Positions 40,859-51,054 are shown, counted from the stretch's first letter. The stretch: 64,000 bases of DNA from Patescibacteria group bacterium (GCA_034003985.1 JAVEXP010000001.1:68924-132923); one strand, 5' to 3'. Made by a program: numbers and translations. Notes: a model not told the origin generated them from the letters alone.

Positions 40859-43800
40859 ATGTCTTTTGTCCATCTTCACACCCATTCGCATTATTCGCTG
40901 TTGGATGGTTTGGCTAAAATTGACGGTTTAGTTGCCAAAGCCAAGGCTGATAACATGCCGGCTTTGGCCCTGACTGATCATGGCGTAATGTACGGTTTGG
41001 TCGAGTTTTATCAAAAGGCCAAACAAGCCGAGCTTAAACCAATTTTGGGAGTTGAGGCTTATGTCGCCCGCAACGGCCATCTTAACAAGCGAGCCAAAAT
41101 TGATGATAGTCCGTATCATCTTATTTTATTGGCCAAAAATTTAGAGGGTTATCGTAATTTGATCAAACTGACGACTATCGCCCACATCGATGGTTTTTAT
41201 TATAAACCACGGATTGATTTTGAACTGTTGGAACAATATCATGAAGGTTTAATTTGTTCTTCGGCTTGTTTGCAGGGCGAGATATCGCGCCAGATCATTA
41301 ATGGCGACCTTAAAGGCGCTGAAGAGACAGCCAAAAAGTATCTGGGGCTTTTTGGCGAGGGCAATTATTACTTGGAGGTTCAACACCATCCCAGCCTGGG
41401 AAAACAGGTGGAAGCCAATAGGGAAATTTTGGCCTTGGGGAAAAAATTGGGGATCCCGGTCATTGCCACTAACGATATTCATTATTTGAACAGTGAGGAC
41501 GATTATGCCCAAGATGTTTTATTGTGTATTCAGACCAAAAAAACTTTAGCCGACACCGACAGGATGAGTTATATCGGCGAAGATTTTTCGATGAAATCCA
41601 CGGCCATAATGAAAGCCGAATGGGCCGACCATCCCGAAGTAATCAGTAATACATTGGAAGTAGCCAAGAAGTGTAATTTAGAATTAGAATTAGGCAAAAC
41701 TTTACTGCCTAATTTTGAAGTGCCCAAAGGCCAGACGGACAATGAATATCTCAAGAATTTTTGTCAGGAGGGTTTAGTTAAGCGTTATGGCACGGTTAAA
41801 GTTGATCAAATAATTAGCAACCGGTTGGATTATGAATTGGATATCATTGAAAAAACCGGGTTTGCTTCTTATTTTTTGATTGTTTCGGATTTCATCAACT
41901 GGGCTAAAAATAATAACATTGTGGTCGGCCCGGGCCGTGGTTCGGCGGCCGGCAGCCTGGTGGCTTATTTAACAAACATTACCGATATTGATCCTTTGCA
42001 ATACGATTTGATTTTTGAAAGATTTTTAAATCCAGAACGAATTTCAATGCCGGACATTGACTCGGATTTCGCGGATACCAGGCGGGATGAAGTGATTGAA
42101 TATGTCGCCCAGAAATACGGGCGCGATCATGTGGCCCAAATTATCACTTTTGGAACTATGGCGGCCCGGGCGGCTATTCGCGATGTCGGCCGGGTGATGG
42201 GGCTGCCCTATGCTTACTGCGATAAGGTGGCTAAAATGATCCCGATGTTTATGACTTTGGACCAAGCAGTCAAAACCGTTCCGGAGTTTCAGGAGGTATT
42301 GATCGATCCGGACGGCAAGCGATTGATTGAAATCGCCAAGAAGCTGGAAGGCTGCGCTCGCCATTCTTCGACTCATGCCTGCGGGGTGGTTGTAACTCCC
42401 GGGTCAATGGATGATTATATACCGCGCCAGCGTTCAAGTCAGGATGAAAATGAAATCGTTACCCAATACGAGATGCACGCCTGCGAGGATTTAGGCTTAT
42501 TGAAAATTGATTTATTGGGCCTTAAAAATTTGACGATTATTGAAAATACTTTGGACATTTTAAAAAAGGCCAGGGGTCTAGATATTAACATTTCTCAAAT
42601 CAAACTTGACGACAAGAAAACTTTCAGGCTGCTACAGAAAGCCGAAACTACCGGTGTTTTCCAGCTGGAAAGTTCGGGCATGAAGCGCTATCTTAAACAG
42701 TTGATTCCCACGGAACTGGAAGACATTATTGCCATGGTTTCGCTGTATCGGCCCGGCCCAATGGAGTTTATTCCCAATTACATTGCGTCTAAGCACGGTC
42801 AGCGCGAGGTGACTTATCTTGATGAGCGCATGGAAAAAGTTTTGAAGAAAACCTATGGCATTATTGTTTATCAGGAGCAACTGATGGAAATTGCCAGAGA
42901 GTTGGGTGGTTTTTCTTACAGTCAGGCCGATGTTTTGCGCAAGGCGGTAGGCAAAAAGATTGCTTCATTGCTCAAGGAACAGAAAAATAAGTTGGTTGAC
43001 GGCATGGTCAATAACGGCATTGAGCCAAAGATCGCCAAGCTTATTTGGGATTATATTTTGCCGTTTGCCCGTTACGGCTTCAACCGTTCACATGCGGCGT
43101 GCTACGCGATGATTGCTTATCGGACGGCCTATTTAAAGGCTCATTATCCCTCGGAATTTATGGCTTCGTTATTGACCGCCGATCAGGGAAATTCCGATCG
43201 GATTGCAATTGAGGTTGAAGAATGTCGGCAAATGGGTCTAGAAGTCCTGCCGCCGGATATTAATGAAAGTTTTTCGACTTTCACCGTTGTTTATGATACT
43301 TTGGAACAGCGACTTGACAAAGAGTCGAGGAAAATCAGATTTGGACTTAACGCCGTTAAAAATTTGGGAGCCAATATTGTCAAGGAAATCATCAAGGAAC
43401 GCAAAGCCAATGGCCCGTATGTCAGCTTGGAAGATTTTTTGAGTCGGGTTAAGACTAAAGATTTGAACAAAAAATCATTAGAAGCATTAATTAAGGCCGG
43501 AGTAATCGACAGTTTGGGGGAGCGCAGCCAGCTGCTTTATAATATTGATAAATTATTAATGTTTGTTAAGAGTATCAATCAGGAAGCCGACAGTTGCCAA
43601 TCCAGTTTGTTTGGAATGATGGCCAGTGAAGCGAGTTTGCCCAAACTTACTTTGGATTTTGTCGAAAAAGCCAATGATAAACAAAAATTGAATTGGGAAA
43701 AAGAATTTTTGGGATTGTATGTATCAGCCCATCCACTGTCGGAGTTTGGTGAGCATCTGAAAAAGCAAGTAGTGCCGATTCAGGAGTTGATTAGTGAAGA

Positions 43801-44410
43801 CAACGGTTACGGCGATCAGGCTTTGAAGGTCGCTGGGGTGATTACCAAAATTAAGAAAGTTATTACCAAGAAAGGACAGCCGATGCTGTTTGTCCGGATA
43901 GAGGATATTACTAACGGCATCGAAGTTTTGGTTTTTCCAACCATTCTTCAAGAAGATCCTGATGTTTGGCAGGAAGACCGGGTGGTGGCCATAAGCTGCC
44001 GGTTGTCGGACAAGGACGGCGAAAGCAAGCTGATATGCAACAAAGCGTTTGAGATAAATTCCAGAAATGTCCAAATGGTGTTGCACGAACTTGACTACAT
44101 TGAGCAAAACGGTAACGGCAACGGTCAGGCCAAAAAATATTTTGCCAAGCCCCAGGATAAGCATCAAGAGGTGGTGGTTGGCGGCAATGCATTTATTTTG
44201 TTGCCCAACCAATTAACTCCCAAATTAACCAACGATTTAAAAAAGATTTTTGATGCCAATCCTGGTAATTATCGGGTGGTGCTGGCAATCCGCCAGACCG
44301 CCGGATTTAAAAAAATCGTTACCAACTATATGGTTGATGCTTCCACCGGCATGAAGCAAGCGATTGAAGATTTACTGGGACCAAGAACTTTCAAGGCAGA
44401 GAACTATTAA
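40859..44410 (+). CDS. dnaE: DNA polymerase III alpha subunit
   Basis: It has the PHP domain 'HLHTHSHYSLLDG' and the polymerase core 'GLLKIDLLGLKNLT', 'YGFNRSHAACYA'. Confidence 0.95.
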   Translation: MSFVHLHTHSHYSLLDGLAKIDGLVAKAKADNMPALALTDHGVMYGLVEFYQKAKQAELKPILGVEAYVARNGHLNKRAKIDDSPYHLILLAKNLEGYRNLIKLTTIAHIDGFYYKPRIDFELLEQYHEGLICSSACLQGEISRQIINGDLKGAEETAKKYLGLFGEGNYYLEVQHHPSLGKQVEANREILALGKKLGIPVIATNDIHYLNSEDDYAQDVLLCIQTKKTLADTDRMSYIGEDFSMKSTAIMKAEWADHPEVISNTLEVAKKCNLELELGKTLLPNFEVPKGQTDNEYLKNFCQEGLVKRYGTVKVDQIISNRLDYELDIIEKTGFASYFLIVSDFINWAKNNNIVVGPGRGSAAGSLVAYLTNITDIDPLQYDLIFERFLNPERISMPDIDSDFADTRRDEVIEYVAQKYGRDHVAQIITFGTMAARAAIRDVGRVMGLPYAYCDKVAKMIPMFMTLDQAVKTVPEFQEVLIDPDGKRLIEIAKKLEGCARHSSTHACGVVVTPGSMDDYIPRQRSSQDENEIVTQYEMHACEDLGLLKIDLLGLKNLTIIENTLDILKKARGLDINISQIKLDDKKTFRLLQKAETTGVFQLESSGMKRYLKQLIPTELEDIIAMVSLYRPGPMEFIPNYIASKHGQREVTYLDERMEKVLKKTYGIIVYQEQLMEIARELGGFSYSQADVLRKAVGKKIASLLKEQKNKLVDGMVNNGIEPKIAKLIWDYILPFARYGFNRSHAACYAMIAYRTAYLKAHYPSEFMASLLTADQGNSDRIAIEVEECRQMGLEVLPPDINESFSTFTVVYDTLEQRLDKESRKIRFGLNAVKNLGANIVKEIIKERKANGPYVSLEDFLSRVKTKDLNKKSLEALIKAGVIDSLGERSQLLYNIDKLLMFVKSINQEADSCQSSLFGMMASEASLPKLTLDFVEKANDKQKLNWEKEFLGLYVSAHPLSEFGEHLKKQVVPIQELISEDNGYGDQALKVAGVITKIKKVITKKGQPMLFVRIEDITNGIEVLVFPTILQEDPDVWQEDRVVAISCRLSDKDGESKLICNKAFEINSRNVQMVLHELDYIEQNGNGNGQAKKYFAKPQDKHQEVVVGGNAFILLPNQLTPKLTNDLKKIFDANPGNYRVVLAIRQTAGFKKIVTNYMVDASTGMKQAIEDLLGPRTFKAENY

Positions 44411-44441
44411 CAGCTTTGGTGTTTTGAGGTATGATATAAAT

Positions 44442-45596
44442 ATGAAGGAGCCAGGAAAAATATTGCCAAAATCCTACCGCAAGATTGGTTTAGGGTTTTT
44501 TGTTTTGTCAATTATAGTGACAGTGGCAATTGGTTATTTAATTTGGGCTAAAGTGATTGTTGTTATTCATCCAAGTTCGGAAAGAATTTCCCAGGAAATG
44601 GTTTTTGAAATTAGGGAAGGCGACAGTTTTGGGGCGATGACCGGTCAGAAAATAGTGGCTGGAGTGGTCCGTTCGGTGGAAGTGGAAGGTAGTAAAAATT
44701 TTGACGCCACCGGTCAGAAAGCGGTCGAATCAAATATTGTCGGTGAGGTGACAATCATTAATAATTACAGCAAGGAACAAAAATTGATTGCCAGCACCAG
44801 GCTGGCTGATTCGCAGTCTCCGGACCAGACTTTAGTCCGGATAAACAAGGATGTAACGGTGCCGCCGGGGGGCAAAATAAAGGTTCAAGTCTATCCGGAA
44901 GATGAAAATAATTTTTCGCAGATTAATCCAGCCCGATTGATGATTCCAGGGTTGTGGGAAGGATTGCAAGACAAGATTTACGCGGAAAACGAAGAGCCGT
45001 TGCGATTGGGCGGTAATCTGGTAACGGTCGTCAGTCAAGAAGATCTGAATCGAGCCCAGGATGAGTTGAAGCAGGAACTATTCCAGCAGGCTTTAAGTCA
45101 GGTTAACGGCCAATTGGCCGCTAATCAGGCATTGTGGCCGAAATTGATTTCTTCCGAGATACCGCAAGTAACTTTTGATGCCGGGCTTGATCAGGAGGCT
45201 TCACAATTTACGGCCAGCCTTAAAGTCAGGGCAGTGGTAGTGGTATTCGACGAAACCCAATTGATTGACGAGGCCAGAGAGATTTTAGTCGGCACTTTAA
45301 GCGCCGATAAAAAATTATTAAGCTTGGAACAAAAAAATTTCAGTTATAATGTCGAAAGATATGATCTGACCGCCGGTACCGCCAGCATTAGGGCGATTAT
45401 CCAGGGCAATACGGTTTTGACCAAAACTTCAGAAGTTTTAGACAAGAGTCAGATTGCCGGCATGACAGCCGAAGAAGTTAAATCATATTTTTCTCAATTT
45501 TCGGAAATCGGTTCAGTCGAAGTGATATTTCATCCCGCTTGGTTAAAGAAAATTCCGCACCTGAACGATAAAATCGAAATCCGAATCAGCCAATAG
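44442..45596 (+). CDS. Hypothetical membrane-anchored protein
   Basis: It has an N-terminal TM helix. The ATG at 44442 lies after the dnaE stop, and the upstream part of the ORF overlaps dnaE. Confidence 0.45.
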   Translation: MKEPGKILPKSYRKIGLGFFVLSIIVTVAIGYLIWAKVIVVIHPSSERISQEMVFEIREGDSFGAMTGQKIVAGVVRSVEVEGSKNFDATGQKAVESNIVGEVTIINNYSKEQKLIASTRLADSQSPDQTLVRINKDVTVPPGGKIKVQVYPEDENNFSQINPARLMIPGLWEGLQDKIYAENEEPLRLGGNLVTVVSQEDLNRAQDELKQELFQQALSQVNGQLAANQALWPKLISSEIPQVTFDAGLDQEASQFTASLKVRAVVVVFDETQLIDEAREILVGTLSADKKLLSLEQKNFSYNVERYDLTAGTASIRAIIQGNTVLTKTSEVLDKSQIAGMTAEEVKSYFSQFSEIGSVEVIFHPAWLKKIPHLNDKIEIRISQ

Positions 45597-45605
45597 TTAT
45601 CATCA

Positions 45606-45640
45606 AAAACCGGCATTTACTCAGTTGCCGGTTTTTTAGT
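45606..45640. terminator. Bidirectional terminator between convergent genes
   Basis: 'aaaaccggca-tttactcagt-tgccggtttttt'. Confidence 0.6.
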
Positions 45641-45925
45641 ACAGGGCTGATAATTTTTTCCTTGCAGAAAAGCGGTGCAGACATTATCAAGGCAGCGGGG
45701 CGGATTCATGGCCAGGATGTCGCAACCGCCGTCGCATTCCTGAATTTCACCAGCCTGCTGTTGGTACCATTCGGCATTAACCGCTCCTTGACTGCAGGAA
45801 TTTAGGCAATCCTGGTCGGTAACGCAGTAGTATTTGTCGGAATTTTGGGTTGTTTCAACATTTGACTGATAGCTACAGCCGCTTAGTAGCATCACGGTCA
45901 GTAGCATCAAAATTGATCTAGGCAT
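45617..45925 (-). CDS. Cys-rich secreted lipoprotein (lipobox LSGC)
   Basis: 'MLLTVMLLSGCSY' is a signal peptide with a lipobox. There are 10 Cys in the mature region. Confidence 0.5.
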   Translation of the reverse strand: MPRSILMLLTVMLLSGCSYQSNVETTQNSDKYYCVTDQDCLNSCSQGAVNAEWYQQQAGEIQECDGGCDILAMNPPRCLDNVCTAFLQGKNYQPCTKKPATE

Positions 45926-45936
45926 ATAAATTTATT

Positions 45937-46371
45937 TTATTTACCAAGAGAAATTAGTACGGCTCCAATTACCATGATAATCGCGCCTAAGCCGGAAGTC
46001 CAGTTGAGTTTTTCGCCCAGCAGGATAACGGCAAAAACAATGGCAAAAACCAAACTAAGCCGATCAAGGGGAGCAACTTGGTAGACAGTGCCGAATTTCA
46101 GGGCTAAGAAATAAAAAAGCCAGGAAATCGCGCCGGCAATGCCGCTTAGAACAATGAATAATAAGGCGCGGTGGTTGGCAAAAATGATTGGCAGTTGATT
46201 GGTTTTGCCTTGAAATACCACCACCCCGATTAAAAAAACGGCCATGACCAGCGCCCTGACAGCGGTGGCAGTGTTGGTGTCGAGGTTTTTTAGGCCGATT
46301 TTACTGAAAATAGGGATCAGTCCGCCGAACAAAGCAGCGCCCAGCGCATAAAATAGCCAGATGTTGGACAT
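45937..46371 (-). CDS. EamA-like small DMT-family transporter
   Basis: It has 4-5 TM helices and one EamA repeat. Confidence 0.6.
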   Translation of the reverse strand: MSNIWLFYALGAALFGGLIPIFSKIGLKNLDTNTATAVRALVMAVFLIGVVVFQGKTNQLPIIFANHRALLFIVLSGIAGAISWLFYFLALKFGTVYQVAPLDRLSLVFAIVFAVILLGEKLNWTSGLGAIIMVIGAVLISLGK

Positions 46372-46391
46372 AGTTTAAAAATTTTAGGTTT

Positions 46392-47204
46392 TTAAAATAT
46401 TGATAAACTTAAAGCCATAATCAACATGCCAATCACTAATCCGCCGATGGCAAAATGATGCTGGCCGTATTCTTCGGCGGTTGGCAGCAGCTCATCTAAA
46501 GAGATATACACCATTATTCCAGCTACGCCGGCAAACGCCACTCCCAGGAATAGGTCATTTAGAACGCTGCGCAGAATAAAATATCCCAGCAGCGCTCCCA
46601 ATGGTTCGGTTAAACCGGATAAGGTTGACAGTAAAAAGGCTTTAGTTTTGTTTTTGCAGGCATAATAAATTGGAATTGATACGATGATCCCTTCCGGAAT
46701 GTTATGAATGGCAATCGCGACGGCCAAGCTTATTCCCAAAACCGGTTCGGACAAAGTACCAATAAAGGTTACTAAACCTTCAGGAAAGTTGTGAATGGTC
46801 AACACTAGAGCGGAAAACAGTCCCAAGCGCATTAATTTTTTTTCTTTGGCGTTAATAATTTGGTCGGGATTATCAAGATTAATATTTTTGATTTCGTGGG
46901 GATTCTCGAAAGACGGCACCAGCCAATCAATTAAAGCAATTGTGGCAATGCCGATAAAAAAGGCGGTCATCGTGATTAAATATCCTAGGTGATTATTGTA
47001 ATAATCGCTGAGAGTTGATTGGGCGTTGGCAAACAGTTCAACAAAAGAGACATAAATCATGACGCCGGCGGAAAACCCCAATGACCCAGAGAGGAATTTG
47101 GGGCTAAGCTTTTTTGAAAAAAAAGATATCGCGCCGCCGATGCCGGTTGATAATCCGGCCAATAGCGTTAAGCCAAAAGCGAGCAGGATGTTATTGGTTA
47201 GCAT
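46392..47204 (-). CDS. zupT: ZIP family zinc transporter
   Basis: Paired 'HNFPEGL' and 'HNIPEGI' metal-binding motifs in TM4 and TM5. Confidence 0.85.
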   Translation of the reverse strand: MLTNNILLAFGLTLLAGLSTGIGGAISFFSKKLSPKFLSGSLGFSAGVMIYVSFVELFANAQSTLSDYYNNHLGYLITMTAFFIGIATIALIDWLVPSFENPHEIKNINLDNPDQIINAKEKKLMRLGLFSALVLTIHNFPEGLVTFIGTLSEPVLGISLAVAIAIHNIPEGIIVSIPIYYACKNKTKAFLLSTLSGLTEPLGALLGYFILRSVLNDLFLGVAFAGVAGIMVYISLDELLPTAEEYGQHHFAIGGLVIGMLIMALSLSIF

Positions 47205-47338
47205 TGATGGGGTAATTAATCATTTTTCTAATTGCTGTTCAACTATTTTTTTGGTCTTCCAAAATACCCATAATAATGGCTCCGGCTACGACCAGAATGA
47301 TAATGACAATGAGGGCGATTAAACCCATAAAATTTTAT

Positions 47339-48064
47339 TTAATAATTTTTTTGGTATTTTGGCGCCGGTCGCTCGTTGGGATTAATTATTTTTTGGGATT
47401 TTTGAGCAAGCTTGATTTTCTTTTGTTCCATTCGATATATCCCAATCATAAAGAATACCCCGGCCAAAACTAGGCCGATTATCAGGTAAGTGGTCGGTAG
47501 CGACCCCAAAAAAGCAATGGTTAGACAGAAGGGGATTAGTCCCAGGAGAGTGGCCCAGAAAAAAGTTTTGGTTTCCACTCTGGTTATTAATCCCAATACA
47601 TAACTTAAGCCGTCAAACGGTGTTACCATTCTTAAGAAAAAGATTGTCCAAAAGATATTTTGATTAGGAATCAGCTTTTCGATTTTTTCTATTTTTTTGA
47701 GCGGTATGATTTTGGCGATGTGCGGCCGACCAAATCGCCGAGCAATATTAAAAGCAATCAGCGCGCCGATTGTCCAACCAATGGTGGACAGCACCGTGGT
47801 CATACCAATGCCCCATAATTTTGTCCCCATGGGGATTAGGGGCATTGAACTGATGGGGATTAAAACAATCGAAAGAATGAATATCAGAATATATAGCAGC
47901 ATCCCGGTTAGCGATTTCAGGCCAATGACTTTTTGGATGTCGGTTTGATAGCTGTTGAAGATATATGACGAAATCAGGAACAAAATGGCGATAATTAGGG
48001 TTGAGGAAACAATTTTAATTTTTTCTTCTCGGTTTTTTTGCCCAAACTCATTGAGGATTTTCAT
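47339..48064 (-). CDS. TVP38/TMEM64 (DedA superfamily) membrane protein
   Basis: The topology and the 'FLRMVTPFDGLSYVLGL' re-entrant segment are typical of YdjX/TVP38. Confidence 0.55.
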   Translation of the reverse strand: MKILNEFGQKNREEKIKIVSSTLIIAILFLISSYIFNSYQTDIQKVIGLKSLTGMLLYILIFILSIVLIPISSMPLIPMGTKLWGIGMTTVLSTIGWTIGALIAFNIARRFGRPHIAKIIPLKKIEKIEKLIPNQNIFWTIFFLRMVTPFDGLSYVLGLITRVETKTFFWATLLGLIPFCLTIAFLGSLPTTYLIIGLVLAGVFFMIGIYRMEQKKIKLAQKSQKIINPNERPAPKYQKNY

Positions 48065-48212
48065 GTTTTTAAAAACAGTTCGAAATCAGATAAATAAAAT
48101 TGATGTCGCTGGTTAATATTTAGTGCTTGGCTTAATTTTAGCATAATTACAGTTCAGACGAAAGAAAATATAGTAATGGATTTTTGTTGGGTTGTTTGGG
48201 TTTTTTCTTTTC

Positions 48213-48241
48213 TTGACTATTTTGTTAAAATGTGATATTAT
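48213..48241 (+). promoter_or_regulatory. Consensus promoter P2
   Basis: TTGACT (48213-48218), a 17-nt spacer and TATTAT (48236-48241). The RBS 'GAGGAGAG' follows before the ATG at 48292. Confidence 0.55.
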
Positions 48242-48291
48242 AGGATGTTCGTCGGATTCTAGTAAATGGCAAACATGAGGAGAGAAATGCC

Positions 48292-48570
48292 ATGAACAAA
48301 CCAATCGTCGGCCACAAAATCCTTAAAGCCTTGGAAGGTTTTGAGGCCGGTTTGGGCGATGATGCCAGCATCCAGCCCGCCATTCTGGCCAATCGGAATT
48401 TTGATCCGAGCCGGGTTGTGGCAGCCTGGGGCGGATACCTCAACGATGCCTGGACCGACAAGATCCAGGCGAAAATCCAGGAGGGTTTCACGGTCGTGCG
48501 AATCCAGACCGAATGGACTGGCAAGGCACACCGGACCATGATTTACCTGGTCAAACTGAGCGCCGAATAA
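48292..48570 (+). CDS. Hypothetical 92-aa protein in a GC-rich islet
   Basis: It has a strong promoter, an RBS and a terminator. GC is about 55%. Confidence 0.45.
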   Translation: MNKPIVGHKILKALEGFEAGLGDDASIQPAILANRNFDPSRVVAAWGGYLNDAWTDKIQAKIQEGFTVVRIQTEWTGKAHRTMIYLVKLSAE

Positions 48571-48598
48571 CCATTTGGCCGACATTGCTCAGTTTTGA

Positions 48599-48633
48599 GA
48601 AGCCGCATGGTGCGCCCAGCGGCTTCTTTTCTT
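48599..48633 (+). terminator. Rho-independent terminator
   Basis: A perfect 8-bp stem 'gaagccgc/gcggcttc' with a 12-nt loop, followed by TTTTCTT. Confidence 0.65.
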
Positions 48634-48965
48634 ATCTAAAGCTAAACGGCAGTTATATTTTCCGCCAATATTTCGTGGCGTTCAAATGGTGGCATTAATA
48701 TTTATCTTTAATATATTTGATAACTTCTCGGTCGTGCTTTATTATTATTAGATTTTTTGTTTCTTCTGAGGTAAATCAACCCATCACTTGTCCTTCACCT
48801 TGGGTCAGTTTTAGGCCGGAATCATATTCTTCCATCCTACTCATAATAAGAATAAAAGTTAGGTGGAATAAAAAAATAATTAATTACCTATTAATCAAGA
48901 GTGTGTCGGGCAGTTTATATTTTGTGCAACCAGATAAAATGTGCTGGGCGCTGTTTTTTCTTTTC

Positions 48966-48994
48966 TTGACAGTCTTTTCTTGATATGATAATTT
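48966..48994 (+). promoter_or_regulatory. Promoter-like repeat copy P3
   Basis: It is TTGACA preceded by the same 'gctgttttttcttttc' leader as P2. The -10 is weak ('tatgat'/'taattt'). Confidence 0.35.
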
Positions 48995-49041
48995 GGATTG
49001 AGTTCTGGTAACATAGCTGACAACATAGGAGGAAACAGGAT

Positions 49042-49284
49042 ATGTCTACCAAGGCACTTTGGTGTATCAGTTTTAACGACGGTACTTCCGTTGAGGTACG
49101 AGGCTCAAGCAAGCGCAATGCTGACAATCAGGCTTGCGCGAAGGCTGGCAAGACTCATCGCGAGATCTGTTCTCGGGGCGTGGTTTGTGGCAAGCCTCAC
49201 AACGGAAAACGAAATCGATCAAGACATTCCGGTGTAGTACATCCTTGCGCCAGCCCCCTGTCCCGTTGGGGTTGGCACTACTAA
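49042..49284 (+). CDS. Hypothetical 80-aa basic Cys/His-containing protein in a GC-rich islet
   Basis: RBS 'TAGGAGGA' lies 8 nt before the ATG. The product begins 'MSTKALWCISFNDGTSVEVRGSSKRNADNQACAKAGKTHREICSRGVVCGKPHNGKRNRSRH'. Confidence 0.45.
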   Translation: MSTKALWCISFNDGTSVEVRGSSKRNADNQACAKAGKTHREICSRGVVCGKPHNGKRNRSRHSGVVHPCASPLSRWGWHY

Positions 49285-49314
49285 GCTTTCGCCCGTGTTC
49301 GTTTTTACCGGCCT

Positions 49315-49344
49315 TGTCTGGACTGCCCCACGATCGCGTCGCGG
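49315..49344 (+). terminator. Putative terminator
   Basis: Hairpin 'ccccacga-tcgcg-tcgcgggg' followed by a T8 run. Confidence 0.45.
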
Positions 49345-49371
49345 GGCTTTTTTTAGTAAAAAAATAACCTG

Positions 49372-49387
49372 GCACTAAAATGTGTTA
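49372..49387 (+). repeat. Core-site copy c1 ('gtgttaagtaatgtat') at the left edge of the cassette array
   Basis: It matches cores at 49867, 51088 and 52684, and their inverted copies at 50494, 52151 and 53229. Confidence 0.5.
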
Positions 49388-49864
49388 AGTAATGTATCTT
49401 TTTTCTTAAAAATTTGATTTTTTTGTTTTGAGAAATGAAAGAGGGGTTAGGGGGTGAATTTTATTTTTCAAAATTCCTTTTTAGCTTTTCTTATGAAAGT
49501 ATTTTTGGATCAAACAACCTATGAACGCGAAAAATAATCCAGAGCTGAGGAAGGTGATGATAACGACTCCCGCCACATCATCATTTGGGTTTAGATATTT
49601 CAATGCTGCTATCGCCCCACCAGCAAACACTTCGCCAAAGATAAAACCAGGTCTGTTTCGTGATTTTCAACCTCATTAAGTATAAATTCTCTTATTTTAG
49701 TGTAATTTTTATCCATATAGACATTGTAAACCCCTAAAATTTACATTGTAAACCATGTAAGTTTTAATAAAAAACAAGACCAAGGTCTTGGAGGAAAAGC
49801 ATATTTCATATAACGTTTCGGCATATACGATGTTGCGTTAGCAATATAGGCGAAGCGAAGCGTA

Positions 49865-49893
49865 GCCGTATATGCCGTGTTAAGTGATGTATG
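49865..49893 (+). repeat. Core-site copy c2 ('ccgtgttaagtgatgtatgacgagggcgg'), inverted partner of c3
   Basis: It lies directly 3' of the hydrolase cassette. About 21 of 27 positions match rc(c3). Confidence 0.55.
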
Positions 49894-49905
49894 ACGAGGG
49901 CGGTT

Positions 49906-50493
49906 TTAAGAGAGAATTGGTTTCAACTTTTCTAATAATAAATCAAATTTTGTATAACCTGCCTTGGTGTTGAAATGTCCTGCGTTCGGCACAAAATTTA
50001 GTGCCACTTTTAAGTTCTTCGCCAGCAATTCGCCATTTCCTAATGAGACATATGGATCATCGTCGGATTGGAAAACTTCAAAATGATGAGCTTTTGTAGA
50101 TATGGTTTTCCAATCAAATAAAAATCCGTTAAAACTACTGTCTCTGTCATAGTTTAAAATAGGGCGAACTCCAATAGGGGTGCCTACAAAAATAGCTGCT
50201 TTAACTGGATGTGCTAATTTTTCCAATATGCGGAGGGTAAAAATACCTCCCAAACTATGCCCGATTAAAATAGTATTTTCATCGAAATGTTGCTCGTAAT
50301 TTTTAAGAACATCAAACCACTCAGCTATTTTTGCGGGCACCACTGGTGGCGAAGGAAACTGTGGCACTAAAACATTATATCCTTTTTGTTCTAACTCTTG
50401 TTTTAACCAAGGAAACCAATTCTCTTTTGGATGGCCTTCAGTGCCGTGTATTATAAATATATTTTTCATATAGTTGTTGTTAGCCTTCGTCAT
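49906..50493 (-). CDS. Alpha/beta hydrolase, YdeN/RBBP9-like serine hydrolase
   Basis: 'IFIIHGTEGHPKENWFPWLKQELE' and the nucleophile elbow 'IGHSLGG'. Confidence 0.75.
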   Translation of the reverse strand: MTKANNNYMKNIFIIHGTEGHPKENWFPWLKQELEQKGYNVLVPQFPSPPVVPAKIAEWFDVLKNYEQHFDENTILIGHSLGGIFTLRILEKLAHPVKAAIFVGTPIGVRPILNYDRDSSFNGFLFDWKTISTKAHHFEVFQSDDDPYVSLGNGELLAKNLKVALNFVPNAGHFNTKAGYTKFDLLLEKLKPILS

Positions 50494-50607
50494 ATTTCAC
50501 TTAACGTTTTGGGCTAGCCGAAGTTTCGTTTGAACGTTGTGGTATAATTTGTGCGGAGCGCTACCATATAAGTGAAAACGAAATTTGGGTGAGCGCGCTA
50601 AATAAAA
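50494..50607. repeat. Intercassette repeat (long type, 114 bp) carrying inverted core c3
   Basis: It is homologous over about 135 bp to 52150-52293. It is internally palindromic ('tttcacttaacg...cgttttcacttat'). It contains 'ACGTTAAGTGA' on the minus strand. Confidence 0.55.
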
Positions 50608-51054
50608 TTATTCGCAACCCCAGCCATCATTATCTCGGTCAAGTCCAAAAACATCTGGACCAAGAACTTTTACTTTGCCTGTGTAATATGGGCCATTGCC
50701 GGAACCGCCAGCACAATCGTAATCGCTAGCGTTTGCTTTTAAGCATCCAGAATAGCTGGGATGGCAGTTTTGTTGCGCAACCGTGGCCGGTTTAGGAACA
50801 GGTTTGGGATCGGGTTCTATGGCAGGTTCTGGTTTTGGTTCAGGAACAACATAAGTTTTCTGAGGTTGCGGAGTTGGTTTAGGCTCGTCCTGGTTTTCTG
50901 CTATTGGTTCTGATTCTAAGGATTCTGGTGTTTGATTATATTCAACCTCAGTGCCTAAAACTTCACCATCAGTGCTAGATTGTAAGTTTGTTTGAGTTGC
51001 GCAACCGGAAAGAAAAAGAATTGAAATTAGCGCTACATTGATTAAGATTTTCAT
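50608..51054 (-). CDS. Secreted lipoprotein with C-terminal Excalibur calcium-binding domain
   Basis: 'ILFLSGCATQ' is the lipobox. There is a Pro/Glu-rich linker. The C-terminal 'DRDNDGWGCE' matches Excalibur DxDxDGxxCE. The ATG at 51054 is preferred. Confidence 0.65.
   Translation of the reverse strand: MKILINVALISILFLSGCATQTNLQSSTDGEVLGTEVEYNQTPESLESEPIAENQDEPKPTPQPQKTYVVPEPKPEPAIEPDPKPVPKPATVAQQNCHPSYSGCLKANASDYDCAGGSGNGPYYTGKVKVLGPDVFGLDRDNDGWGCE

Noticed and set aside
47218-47340. 29-aa minus-strand hydrophobic peptide 'MGLIALIVIIILVVAGAIIMGILEDQKNS'
   Set aside because: It is too short and low-complexity to support without comparative data.
49471-49669. Possible small ORFs between cores c1 and c2: a 49-aa minus-strand GTG-start TM peptide and a 52-aa plus-strand ORF
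   Set aside because: Both are below 60 aa and have no RBS. The frames conflict. They could be a degraded cassette, so I did not annotate them.
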